Below, one piece after another: positions 27,732-37,076 of a stretch of 64,000 nt of DNA; position 1 is the first letter of the stretch, and every line of letters begins with the position of its first letter. A program made the translations under genes and the position numbers. The stretch comes from Oscillospiraceae bacterium (GTDB lineage Bacteria > Bacillota > Clostridia > Oscillospirales > SIG627). The stretch is from NCBI GenBank assembly GCA_015063985.1, contig SVTC01000008.1:8324-72323 (forward strand), in the 5' to 3' direction. The notes under the pieces were generated by a model. It did not search any database, was not told where the DNA came from, and saw nothing but the letters and a program-made list of their open reading frames with translations.

Positions 27732-29279
27732 TCAGACCTCGGAGAAATACTCCATAAGATTCTCAAACTTATTCATAGTATCGGATTCCATAGCGCCCCA
27801 AGCAGAAGCAAAGTCGTTGGATGCATCTCTTCCGATGAGATGACGGAACTTAAAGGAGGGGTTGCCGTAGCAGTTGGAGAAGAGAAGTCCGAAATTGAAG
27901 TTACTACCTTCAAGGATCATATCGTAGATCTTCAGATCGTAGTCTTCGCTATCATCAGAACGGATGTAACGGTACTTCATAACCACCTCAAAGTAGTTGG
28001 GAGCAACGGTTCTGTAGCTCTCTTCGCAAAGCTTCTCAAGAACCGCACCTGCAAGGTAGTCTCTGGAGGTGGTTCCGTCGCTGCACATATGGTTCTGAAT
28101 TCCGAAGGGAATTGCAATAGCAGTGTAGGAGTCCTCCTGAGAGGTGTAGTACTTATCCTGCTTCTCGTCATACTTGGGCATGGGAAGCAGACCGTAGTCA
28201 TCCTTCATATCTCTGAAGCCGTTTGCCGCACTAAGCTTATCGGCGTGGAAAATAAGGGAGCCGTTAACAAACTTTCCGCCGAAGGGATTGTTGGTGTTGT
28301 AGTAAGCCTTGTCGGACCAAACACCGTCACATTCCCAAGCCAGGTTATAAAGCTTATTAAGAACGTTTACCGTTTTTTCGCTGTCATAAACGAACTGAGG
28401 GATACCCTCCTCGTTATCTCTGGTGATGGGAGCGTCCATACCGTACTGGAATGCATCGCAGGGGATGGAGCCGGACCACCAGTTACCGAAGCCGAAAAAG
28501 TCGCCTTCGCTTCTCTGACCGTCGCCGTCGGTATCTACCCACTTGTCTTTAACAAGGTCGGTAAACTTATCGATAGTCCACTTGCCGTCCATAACAAGCT
28601 TGTAGATTCCCTCGGAGCCGCCTATATCGGCATAATGCTCGTCAACAAGACGCTTGTTGAAGAAAATAGCACCGGTGTTAGCCATTGCGGAAATGCAAAG
28701 ATCGCCGACGCAGGTGTACATCTGGCCGTAGAGAGTAGCCTGATCAACGTAGATCTCGTTCCACCAGGGCTTTTCAAAATCCAGATAAGGGATCTCCATA
28801 AGGTTGGAGTAGGTGCTCAAAGGCACAACGCCGGTAAGGAAGTAGCCGTAGCCCATTGCGATATCGTAGTCGCCGGTATCGTTAAATACCATTGAGTCGA
28901 TATGGTTGGGATAATCTGTGGTTCCAACCTCTGCCTTGATCCAGTTAAGCTCAACGCCCAGATCCTCTTCTACCTTAAGGTTTCTGTTGTAAACAGCATC
29001 GTTGATGATATCGTCATTGAGCTCTTCAACGATAAAATAGGCAGTCTGAGAAGCGCATACGGAGATGTTTACGGTCTCACCGCCAAAGTTGAGGTCTGCG
29101 GGAAGAGCGGATTCAACCAGAGGTCTTCCCCAATCGTCCAGATTAGGGTCATTTGTCTTCTGCTGGGTTCCGCCGGTTGCACCTGTCTGAGGCTGAGTCT
29201 TTGCAGGCTCGCCGCCGCATGCGGCAAAGAGAACAAGCACCATGGAAAGAACCAATGCAAGTGTCAAAAGTTTCTTCAT
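27732..29279 (-). CDS. extracellular solute-binding lipoprotein, large family-1 type, copy 2 (tandem paralogue)
   Basis: MKKLLTLALVLSMVLVLFAACG lipobox. Collinear with copy 1 along its whole length, for example DPNLD.WGRPLV.SALPADLNFGGE and EELNDDIINDAVYNRN. Confidence 0.8.
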   Translation of the reverse strand: MKKLLTLALVLSMVLVLFAACGGEPAKTQPQTGATGGTQQKTNDPNLDDWGRPLVESALPADLNFGGETVNISVCASQTAYFIVEELNDDIINDAVYNRNLKVEEDLGVELNWIKAEVGTTDYPNHIDSMVFNDTGDYDIAMGYGYFLTGVVPLSTYSNLMEIPYLDFEKPWWNEIYVDQATLYGQMYTCVGDLCISAMANTGAIFFNKRLVDEHYADIGGSEGIYKLVMDGKWTIDKFTDLVKDKWVDTDGDGQRSEGDFFGFGNWWSGSIPCDAFQYGMDAPITRDNEEGIPQFVYDSEKTVNVLNKLYNLAWECDGVWSDKAYYNTNNPFGGKFVNGSLIFHADKLSAANGFRDMKDDYGLLPMPKYDEKQDKYYTSQEDSYTAIAIPFGIQNHMCSDGTTSRDYLAGAVLEKLCEESYRTVAPNYFEVVMKYRYIRSDDSEDYDLKIYDMILEGSNFNFGLLFSNCYGNPSFKFRHLIGRDASNDFASAWGAMESDTMNKFENLMEYFSEV

Positions 29280-29388
29280 ATTATCTCCTTTTTATCTCCT
29301 TTCGAAAGATAAGGTTTGATTTAGTAGATTATAACACATTATCAGATCTTTTGCAAGAGCCAAAACTGTCATTTTTACGAATTTTCAC

Positions 29389-29940
29389 TTAAATCTGGGC
29401 GTCAAAATAGTAGAAATTGTCAGCAAGTTTTTGTGTAAAATATCTAATCCCGTTACTTTCGCAGGAAAATCCGTCCTTTGTCTCCTCCAAGGTCACCGAG
29501 AAATTACTGATAAATATGGGCTTATCCTCGCTTACGTAGTATACCCCGCAGTAATAGCTTCCGCTCCCGCCGCAGTTAAACTCGCAGGCGCTGATACCTC
29601 CCTCGGTCCTTGTTGCCATACTCCTTACGTCACAGCGCTCAAAAAGAGCACTTATCACAGGATCCTCAAGTGCCTCCACCTTGGTTTCGGCTACGTTTGA
29701 TACGTATAGCCCCGAAAGCTCGGTATAATTCTCGGGGCGGTAATACTCCGCGGTGGAGATGAACACGTCATCCTCAAAAACAAGGGCTCTGTTTGCTGCG
29801 TCAAAGAAAAGCTGCTTGTTGGAAATATATTTATCCTCTACCTCCTCCGGTGTGGGATATATATGCTCCATCTGCACCTGACAGGAGGAAAGAAGAAGGA
29901 TACCCACAAGCAGGAAAAGTGCCAAAAACCTATGCTTCAA
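29389..29940 (-). CDS. lipoprotein, hypothetical
   Basis: Signal peptide with LLLSSCQ lipobox. No recognisable domain. Confidence 0.6.
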   Translation of the reverse strand: MKHRFLALFLLVGILLLSSCQVQMEHIYPTPEEVEDKYISNKQLFFDAANRALVFEDDVFISTAEYYRPENYTELSGLYVSNVAETKVEALEDPVISALFERCDVRSMATRTEGGISACEFNCGGSGSYYCGVYYVSEDKPIFISNFSVTLEETKDGFSCESNGIRYFTQKLADNFYYFDAQI

Positions 29941-29941
29941 A

Positions 29942-30889
29942 TCATTTCACCGCCTTTTTAAGCACTACGCAAGCCCAATCCTCGAAAACTCTGCTTTCAA
30001 CGATCTCAAAGCCCGCCCTTACAAGAGCCTCTTTTACCTCTTTTTCTCTTTCGGCTATGATGCCCGAGGCAATGAGAATGCCGTCGTCACAGAGCTTTTC
30101 AAGAAAGAAATCGCCCAAGGCTATTATCACCGCCGCAACGATATTGGCAAGAATTATTCTGTTATCGCCCTGTACAGCCTTTGCAAAGCCGGGATCTGTG
30201 ACCGCGTCGCCGCAGCTCAGGGTAAAGCCTTCCTCGCTGCAGGAATTGGATATAAAATTCTCACCCGCTACCCTTACGGCATTGGGATCTATGTCCACTG
30301 CGGCTACCCCTCCAGCGCCGAGCTTCAAGGCTCCGATCCCCAATATTCCGCTTCCGCAGCCCATATCAAGGACTCTGTCACCTTTTTTCAAATACTTTTC
30401 CAGCATTTCAAGGCAGAGCTTTGTGGTTGCGTGAGTGCCGCTTCCGAATGCAGAGGCGGGATCTATCTCGAGGACGGTCCTTCCCCCGACCTCCTCGGGA
30501 TCAAGCTCCTCCCAGGTAGGCTTTACGTAAAACCTTTCGCCTACGGGAAAGGGATAAAAATACTTCTTCCAATTATTCTCCCAATCCTCGGTATCGACCG
30601 TATTTTCAACGTAGCTGACTCCCTCTGACTCCAGCTCCGAGAGAACCCCTTCAAGACGAAGCTTTTCATCGAGAGCGCTGTCGTCGAAATAGATCTTAAG
30701 CTTGGGAGGTTGGTTTTTCTGTTCAAGAAGCTTTTCATCGATATAATCGTAAAAAACCTCTCCTATGGCATTTTCAAGATCGCAGTAATCATAGACCTCA
30801 TAGCTGTCAAAGCCCTCGAGCGCCATCTTCGCACAAAGCTCATCCAGATATTCTTTTCTGACCGTTATTTCTATTTCCAAGTATTTCAT
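29942..30889 (-). CDS. prmA: ribosomal protein L11 methyltransferase
   Basis: W...W.K.F.P, FGSG.H.TT..CL, VLD.GCGSGIL and its length are typical of PrmA. Confidence 0.9.
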   Translation of the reverse strand: MKYLEIEITVRKEYLDELCAKMALEGFDSYEVYDYCDLENAIGEVFYDYIDEKLLEQKNQPPKLKIYFDDSALDEKLRLEGVLSELESEGVSYVENTVDTEDWENNWKKYFYPFPVGERFYVKPTWEELDPEEVGGRTVLEIDPASAFGSGTHATTKLCLEMLEKYLKKGDRVLDMGCGSGILGIGALKLGAGGVAAVDIDPNAVRVAGENFISNSCSEEGFTLSCGDAVTDPGFAKAVQGDNRIILANIVAAVIIALGDFFLEKLCDDGILIASGIIAEREKEVKEALVRAGFEIVESRVFEDWACVVLKKAVK

Positions 30890-30944
30890 AGCTTACCTTT
30901 ACAAAATTCAAAGAGGCGGATATCATCCGCCCCTTGACGTTATT

Positions 30945-31355
30945 TTAGAATATATACTTCTGAAGCTCCTCGGGGATCGCTTCCTGAGCGGCGCTTACCG
31001 TGGTAACACAGTTGACCTCAAGCTTTGCGGCCAGCTCGTCCAGCTTCTTGATAAACTCTGTGAATGCGGGCATATCATCCTTGCAGATCTTCAAAGAGGA
31101 GTCGATGTAAAGATCCTTAAAATCAAAGTTAGCTGCGAGAACACCGCATACCAAGCCGTAAAGCTCGCTGGCGCTCTTTACTCCATATTCATCTGTATCG
31201 ATCAGTCTTACCTGATGCTTAATGTCGAAAATAAGCTTGTTGCCCTTTTCAATTACGACAACGTGACCGGGGGAGGTTTCAACAGACTTGTTAGCCAATT
31301 CTATCAACGCCTTTGTCTTGCCTGTTCCCTTTAATCCAACAATCATTCTAATCAT
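30945..31355 (-). CDS. small P-loop NTPase-like protein, hypothetical
   Basis: MIRMIVGLKGTGKTK is a Walker A-like loop at the N-terminus. Start chosen at ATG 31355 (AGGAAA upstream); the track ORF starts at 31382. Confidence 0.45.
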   Translation of the reverse strand: MIRMIVGLKGTGKTKALIELANKSVETSPGHVVVIEKGNKLIFDIKHQVRLIDTDEYGVKSASELYGLVCGVLAANFDFKDLYIDSSLKICKDDMPAFTEFIKKLDELAAKLEVNCVTTVSAAQEAIPEELQKYIF

Positions 31356-31474
31356 AGTCTCTATTTCCTTTCTTGTTCGCATTGCGAACTTTGGTCATAT
31401 CTATAATACACGAAAACCTATAAAAATTCAACCACTTTTTGAAAATTTTTATAAATAATTTATAATTTTTTCAC

Positions 31475-32803
31475 TCAAATCGTCTGACCCTCGTATCCGG
31501 GCTTGCCGAGAAGAATGAACATATTCTTCTTGTATGCCTCAACACCGGGCTGGTTGAAGGGACAAACGCCCAGAATATAGCCGCTGAGAGCACAGGAAAG
31601 CTCGAAGAAGTAAACCATATAACCAAAGTTTTCCTCGTCTGCGCGATCGTAGCTGAGAACGAGATTGGGAACTCCGCCCTTTACGTGAGCAAGAACCGTA
31701 CCGAGGAAGGCCTTGGAGTTTACGTAGTGAAGGGTCTTGCCTGCAATATAGCTGATTCCGTCGGTATCAAGCTCCGCCTGAGGAATGGTAAGCTCGTAAC
31801 GGGGATTCTCGGCTGTGAGCACGGTCTCAAAGAGTATTCTCTCGCCGTCCTGAACGTACTGACCCAAGGAATGGAGGTCTGTGGAATAAACGACGCTTGC
31901 AGGGAATATACCCTTTCCGTCCTTGCCCTCGCTCTCACCGAAGAGCTGCTTGAGCCACTCGCCCATATACTGCATTCCGGGAGTGTAGGACGCATAAAGC
32001 TCCACTGCCTTACCGTCGTTATAGAAGAGATTTCTCAAAATGGCGTATTTTACAGCGGTGTTCTTCTCAACGTCGAAGTCTTTGTAATCCTCCATTGCCT
32101 TCTTTGCGCCCTGCATCATCTTATCGATATCGCATCCGCTTACCGCGATGGGAAGAAGTCCGACCGCGCTGAGAACGGAAAATCTTCCGCCGATGTTGGA
32201 GGGTACCACGAAGGTCTCGTAGCCTACGTTATCCGCAAATTCCTTCAGGGTGCCGGGCTTGGGAGTCTTATCGGTGGTAACGAAGATCCTCTTTTTTGCT
32301 TCCTCGGAGCCATACTTCTTCTCCAGGAACTCACGGAAGATCCTGAAGGAGATCGCAGGCTCGGTGGTGGTACCGGACTTACTTATAACGTTAATGCAGA
32401 CATCCTTATCCTCGCAGATACTGAGAAGCTCGCTGAGATGATCGGGATCGATGGAGTTACCGGAGAAGTATACGTCGGGAGTATCCTTCTTCATTGCGTT
32501 GTAGTTGGTGCCCTTTACAAATTCAAGAGCTGCCCTTGCACCGAGATAGCTTCCGCCGATGCCGATGACGATGAAAACGTCACACATCTTCTGAATCCTC
32601 TTTGCGCAATCCTTGATGCGGGCAAATTCTTCCTTATCGTAATCCTCGGGAAGGGTGAGCCAGCCAATGGGCTGAGCCTTTCTTTCCTCGGGGCAATGAA
32701 CCTTTTCAAAAGCCTGCTTTGCAGAAGGGATCAATGCATCAAAAGCGCCGTCCTTAATAAAATCAACGGCATACTGTGTATCAAGTTTAATAGCCATATT
32801 CAA
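31475..32803 (-). CDS. pgi: glucose-6-phosphate isomerase
   Basis: Firmicute short-type PGI of about 440 aa. GIGGSYLG, SKSGTT.EP, GGRFSV.SAVGL and GESEGK motifs. Confidence 0.95.
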   Translation of the reverse strand: MNMAIKLDTQYAVDFIKDGAFDALIPSAKQAFEKVHCPEERKAQPIGWLTLPEDYDKEEFARIKDCAKRIQKMCDVFIVIGIGGSYLGARAALEFVKGTNYNAMKKDTPDVYFSGNSIDPDHLSELLSICEDKDVCINVISKSGTTTEPAISFRIFREFLEKKYGSEEAKKRIFVTTDKTPKPGTLKEFADNVGYETFVVPSNIGGRFSVLSAVGLLPIAVSGCDIDKMMQGAKKAMEDYKDFDVEKNTAVKYAILRNLFYNDGKAVELYASYTPGMQYMGEWLKQLFGESEGKDGKGIFPASVVYSTDLHSLGQYVQDGERILFETVLTAENPRYELTIPQAELDTDGISYIAGKTLHYVNSKAFLGTVLAHVKGGVPNLVLSYDRADEENFGYMVYFFELSCALSGYILGVCPFNQPGVEAYKKNMFILLGKPGYEGQTI

Positions 32804-32945
32804 AACTCCTTAAAATACTTTTCTACTATTTTACACCAAAACCTCAAAACTTTCAATAGCAAGTTTTCGATTTTGGGCTTTTTCTATTTACTTTTTTTAA
32901 AAAAGTGGTAAAATATAAGCATAAACAAGGAAAGGACAGAAAAAA

Positions 32946-34226
32946 ATGAATCTGATAGCAGCTGTCAGCAAAAATCGCGGTATAGGTCTCAACGGCTCCC
33001 TTTTATGCCACCTGCCCGAGGATCTTAAATATTTCAAGGAGACCACCCTCAACAAAAAGGTGCTTATGGGCTACAACACCCTCATATCCCTCCCCGGCTC
33101 AAAGCCCCTTCCCAACAGAGAAAACTTTGTCCTTACGAGAAAGGATATTAAAATAGAAGGCGCCACCGTGGTCCACACCATAGCCGAGGCATTGGAAAAA
33201 TGCGGAGACGACTGCTTTGTTATGGGAGGAGACAGCGTTTACCGCCAGCTGCTTCCCTTTTGCAGATACGCCTACGTCACCCACATCCAAAAGAGCTTTG
33301 AGGCAGACAGCTTCTTTCCCGAGCTCGGCGACAATTGGAAGCTCGTTCAAGAAAGCTCTCTTAAGGAGCACAAGGGGATAAGATTCACCTTCAGAGTTTA
33401 CAAAAACCTCGACCTCTGCTCCATAAGTAAAAAAATAGCAAAGGAGCTCTATCCTAAAACACTCTTCCCCGAGGAAAGCACGAGAATAATGTCAAACAAC
33501 GTGCTCCACGTTTCCTACAATCAAAAATACATTTCCGAGGACAGACTTAAGATCGCCGCAGGCTACTACAGGCATTTTTGTCCCGACAGTCTGGGGCTGC
33601 AGGAGTTTCACAGAGATCTTTCAACAGAACTTTTAAGGCTTATGGGAGAGGATTACGCCTTTACCCTCCCCCTTTATCCCGAGGGGCCTAAGAATTACAC
33701 TCCCATCATCTACAGAAAGGATCGCTTAAAGCTCATAAGCAGTGACCATTTAAGCTTTCTCGGAGAAAACCGCGGCTTATGGTCTTATACCTACGCTCTT
33801 TACCAAAGACACCTTGATTCCAAGCTGGTGCTGCACGTAAATCTGCATTACCATTACGATAAAGCCCTTATCCCCGATCAGGCAAAAAAGGTAAACGAGC
33901 TGATAAAGGACTTCAAGGAGGAGTATCCCGACTGTATGATATGCATAACGGGAGACCACAACTCCGAAGCCGACAGCCCCGAATTTCTTGAAATGACCCG
34001 AGACACCGACCTGAAAAGTGCCTGCCTTCTCACAGATGACCATTCCCAAAGAGGTAACACCTGGCACACGCCCGATATTTACCAAAACAACACCGACGCC
34101 GAGATCGACCACGCCGTGATAAATACCGACGTTACGGCTCTCGTTAAATACTGCAGGATCTGCGATCCCTTTATCGCCGTAGCAACGGACCATTATCCGA
34201 TCTACGTTGATATCAAAGCCAAATAA
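32946..34226 (+). CDS. fusion protein: dihydrofolate reductase (aa 1-~160) + endonuclease/exonuclease/phosphatase (EEP) domain (aa ~185-426)
   Basis: DHFR motifs: MNLIAAVSKNRGIG..G.L....PEDLKYFKE.T, LPNR.N.VL.R and GG..VY..L. EEP motifs: SNNV (N), LGLQEF (E), ITGDHNSE (D.N), IDHAVIN and TDHYPIYVD (DH). Confidence 0.85.
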   Translation: MNLIAAVSKNRGIGLNGSLLCHLPEDLKYFKETTLNKKVLMGYNTLISLPGSKPLPNRENFVLTRKDIKIEGATVVHTIAEALEKCGDDCFVMGGDSVYRQLLPFCRYAYVTHIQKSFEADSFFPELGDNWKLVQESSLKEHKGIRFTFRVYKNLDLCSISKKIAKELYPKTLFPEESTRIMSNNVLHVSYNQKYISEDRLKIAAGYYRHFCPDSLGLQEFHRDLSTELLRLMGEDYAFTLPLYPEGPKNYTPIIYRKDRLKLISSDHLSFLGENRGLWSYTYALYQRHLDSKLVLHVNLHYHYDKALIPDQAKKVNELIKDFKEEYPDCMICITGDHNSEADSPEFLEMTRDTDLKSACLLTDDHSQRGNTWHTPDIYQNNTDAEIDHAVINTDVTALVKYCRICDPFIAVATDHYPIYVDIKAK

Positions 34227-34231
34227 AAGCT

Positions 34232-34257
34232 ATACCGCCTCCCAAGGGAGGCGGTAT
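34232..34257. terminator. bidirectional terminator between convergent genes
   Basis: Perfect hairpin ATACCGCCTCCC-aa-GGGAGGCGGTAT with A/T-rich flanks on both sides. Confidence 0.6.
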
Positions 34258-34268
34258 TATTATGCCGA

Positions 34269-36074
34269 TTATTTCTTGTACATGGGACCGTATGCGGCAC
34301 AAGCGCGATAGTCCTGGCCCTCCTTGTCCATACCGAAGGCATTCCAAGCGGCGGGACGGAAGATCTGGCTTTCGGGAACGTTATGCATACAAACGGGGAT
34401 ACGGAGCATACTGCACATCGTAATAAGGTCGGCACCGATGTGACCGTAGCTGATAGCACCGTGGTTAGCACCCCAGTTATTCATAACGTCGTAAGCGGTT
34501 TTGAAGGGGCTGCCCTCCTTGCCGTCGCATCTGGGAGCAAACCAGGTGCAAGGCCACGTGGGATTGGTACGCTCCATAAGCTGATCGCTTACCTCATCGG
34601 GAAGCTTGACGGTCCAGCCCTCTGCGATCTGCATAACGGGTCCGAGGTTCTTTACAAGATTGAGTCTGATCATAGTAACGGGCATACGTGCACGGGTGGT
34701 ATAGTGGCTGGAGAATCCGCCGCCTCTGAAGTTATCGAAGCCCGCCTCGCACCATACGGTAGCGTCGGTCATCTTCTTGATATCCTCCTCGGTAACGTCC
34801 CACCACCTCTTCATTGTGGCCTCGCCCTTCTCATCGGTGCATTCGCCGCATCCGTCAAGACAAGCGGCACCCGAGTTCAAAAGATGTATGATACCGCCGT
34901 TAGTCTTTGCATCGCCCTCAAGATCGTATCCGGTAACGCGCTTTGTAGCCTCGGGGCTCCAATACGTCCTTACGTCTGCAAATATCTGAGCACGGTGAGT
35001 GAGAAGACGCATAAAGAGCATTCCCAAGCCGTTGAGAATATCGTTCTCGGTGGCAAGAGTATAGGGCTCTCGGGCGCCGTTATGGTCAAAGGTGGAGCTT
35101 AAAAGCGCCTCGGGATAGTCACAGTTGGGCCAGTGGTCAGTCCACTGTCTCTGACCCTGGAAGCCGCCTGCGATGGCGTTATGACCGAGCATCTCCTCCT
35201 CAAAGCCCGCGGGAAGATCCTTGTTGCCTGCCATAAGATCTCTGATGATAAGATACATCTTAACGGTGAACTCCCACTGCTTTTCCTTTTCCTCGTCGGA
35301 GAAGCGGACAAAGTCGGGATTATCGTCTCTGCCCATCTTGCAGTGCTCCTTAGTCCACTTGAGCGCTCTTTCATATTCTTCCTTGTTGTAGATGCCCTCC
35401 TCCATTCTGCGAAGGACCTCTACCTCGTCAACCGCCTCCACGCGCATACCCAGGTAGCTTTCCATAAACTCCTGATCAACGATAGAGCCGCCGATACCCA
35501 TACACTGGGAACCGATCTGCAGATAGCTCTTGCCTCTCATCGTAGCAACGGCAACGGCACATCTTCCGAATCTCAAAAGCTTTTCCTTAACGTCCTCGGG
35601 AATGGTGGAGACCATATCTCTGTCCTGCACCTCGTGGCCGTAGATACCGAATGCGGGAAGTCCCTTCTGTGCATGGGATGCAAGAACTGCCGCCAGATAT
35701 ACCGCACCGGGCCTTTCGGTGCCGTTGAAGCCCCATACGCCCTTGATGGTGTTGGGATCCATATCCATAGTCTCACTGCCGTAGCACCAGCAGGGAGTAA
35801 CGGAAAGAGTGATATCCACGCCCTCTCTCTTGAACTGCTCCGCACAAGCCGCAGCCTCGGGAACTCTGCCTATGCTGTGATCTGCGATAACGACCTTTAC
35901 CTTTTCCCCGTTGGAGTAATAAAGGTTTTCTTCAAAAAGCTTCTTTGCCGCAAGAGCAAGAGCCATAACCTGATCTTCAAGACTTTCCCTTAATTTCATC
36001 GGACCGCGACGGGCATCGATAATGGGGCGGATACCTATAACCGGATAGCCGCCAACGTATCTTTTTTCTGCCAT
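34269..36074 (-). CDS. fucI: L-fucose isomerase
   Basis: 601 aa. IGIRP.IDARRG...RESLE.Q.M and [15 protein letters not shown] closely match the FucI family. Confidence 0.95.
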   Translation of the reverse strand: MAEKRYVGGYPVIGIRPIIDARRGPMKLRESLEDQVMALALAAKKLFEENLYYSNGEKVKVVIADHSIGRVPEAAACAEQFKREGVDITLSVTPCWCYGSETMDMDPNTIKGVWGFNGTERPGAVYLAAVLASHAQKGLPAFGIYGHEVQDRDMVSTIPEDVKEKLLRFGRCAVAVATMRGKSYLQIGSQCMGIGGSIVDQEFMESYLGMRVEAVDEVEVLRRMEEGIYNKEEYERALKWTKEHCKMGRDDNPDFVRFSDEEKEKQWEFTVKMYLIIRDLMAGNKDLPAGFEEEMLGHNAIAGGFQGQRQWTDHWPNCDYPEALLSSTFDHNGAREPYTLATENDILNGLGMLFMRLLTHRAQIFADVRTYWSPEATKRVTGYDLEGDAKTNGGIIHLLNSGAACLDGCGECTDEKGEATMKRWWDVTEEDIKKMTDATVWCEAGFDNFRGGGFSSHYTTRARMPVTMIRLNLVKNLGPVMQIAEGWTVKLPDEVSDQLMERTNPTWPCTWFAPRCDGKEGSPFKTAYDVMNNWGANHGAISYGHIGADLITMCSMLRIPVCMHNVPESQIFRPAAWNAFGMDKEGQDYRACAAYGPMYKK

Positions 36075-36210
36075 TTTTATTCTCTCCTTTTGTTTGACTT
36101 TTTATATGACCGACCTTAGGTTTATTGGTCTTTCTATAAGCATAATTATAAATGCAAATAATAATTTTGTCAACTGTTTATTAAAAGCAAGTGACCCCTA
36201 AAAAGAATTT

Positions 36211-37002
36211 TTAAATTTCCACGAAAACGGTGTTGGGACAGGTCTCTTTAAGAGCCGAGTCGATTTTGAAATCCACTATCACAAAATCGAAGTCGTCAAA
36301 GTGCTTTATCCTTCCCGGAGGCTGCTTTTGTATCTTTTCTCTGTCGGCAATAAAAAATATTTTATCGCTGTTTTCCATCATTGTCTGGTGAAGGATGCCG
36401 TAGGTTCCGCCAAAGGAAACCGTTCCGTTTTGGCAAATTCCTCCCGTTGAGAAAAACATCTTGTCCGCGTGGTATCCTCTTGCGTTTTTGATGGTATCCT
36501 CACCGCAAAGCATATAGGGCTTTTCAACCACCTCGCCCCCAAGACAGATGCATTTGACCGAATACTCACTGAGAAAGCTGATGAGTGCCATATTATTACT
36601 TATGACGGTTATGTCCTTTTTATCGGTAAGATACTGTCCGATATACTCGGTTGTGGTCGAGGCATCGATAAACAAAGTGTCGCCGTCGCAAATATACTCC
36701 GCCGCTTTTTTGGCAAGGCGGATTTTGGAAAGCTTCATTTTCTGGTATCGGCTTACCAAGGGATCGGAGCATTCCAAAAGCTCAACGCCGCCGTAGCTTC
36801 GCCTTACCAGCTTTCTCTTTTCCATTACGTTGAGATCTCTGTTTATGGTGGCGTTGCTGTAGTTTAAAATTTCCTTCAGCGCCTTAACGCTTACGTACTC
36901 CTTTTGCCCGAGAATTTTTAAAATCCTTGCAATTCGCTCGTTTTGATACAGCCTTTTGCCGTCTTCTGATAAATGTTGAGAAATTTCCATCTTTTTCTCC
37001 AT
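36211..37002 (-). CDS. DeoR family transcriptional regulator
   Basis: N-terminal wHTH (RI..IL..L......V....L...L..S..TI.RDL..ME) plus a DeoR C-terminal sugar-phosphate sensor domain. Divergent from the GH operon. Confidence 0.85.
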   Translation of the reverse strand: MEKKMEISQHLSEDGKRLYQNERIARILKILGQKEYVSVKALKEILNYSNATINRDLNVMEKRKLVRRSYGGVELLECSDPLVSRYQKMKLSKIRLAKKAAEYICDGDTLFIDASTTTEYIGQYLTDKKDITVISNNMALISFLSEYSVKCICLGGEVVEKPYMLCGEDTIKNARGYHADKMFFSTGGICQNGTVSFGGTYGILHQTMMENSDKIFFIADREKIQKQPPGRIKHFDDFDFVIVDFKIDSALKETCPNTVFVEI

Positions 37003-37076
37003 CTGTTGATTTTTGTTGATAATTTAATTATACTACAGACAGAAGAAAAAAACAACGTTTAAGGGAGAAGAAAATC

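Noticed and set aside
26090-28895. Long plus-strand ORFs (26090-27283, 397 aa; 27405-28895, 496 aa) antisense to the two SBP genes.
   Set aside because: Their translations are low-complexity (V/G/I/L-rich) with no motifs. They mirror the codon structure of the well-supported minus-strand lipoprotein genes, so they are classic shadow ORFs.
31685-32911. 408-aa plus-strand ORF antisense to pgi.
   Set aside because: The minus-strand product is an unmistakable glucose-6-phosphate isomerase. The antisense translation has no recognisable features.
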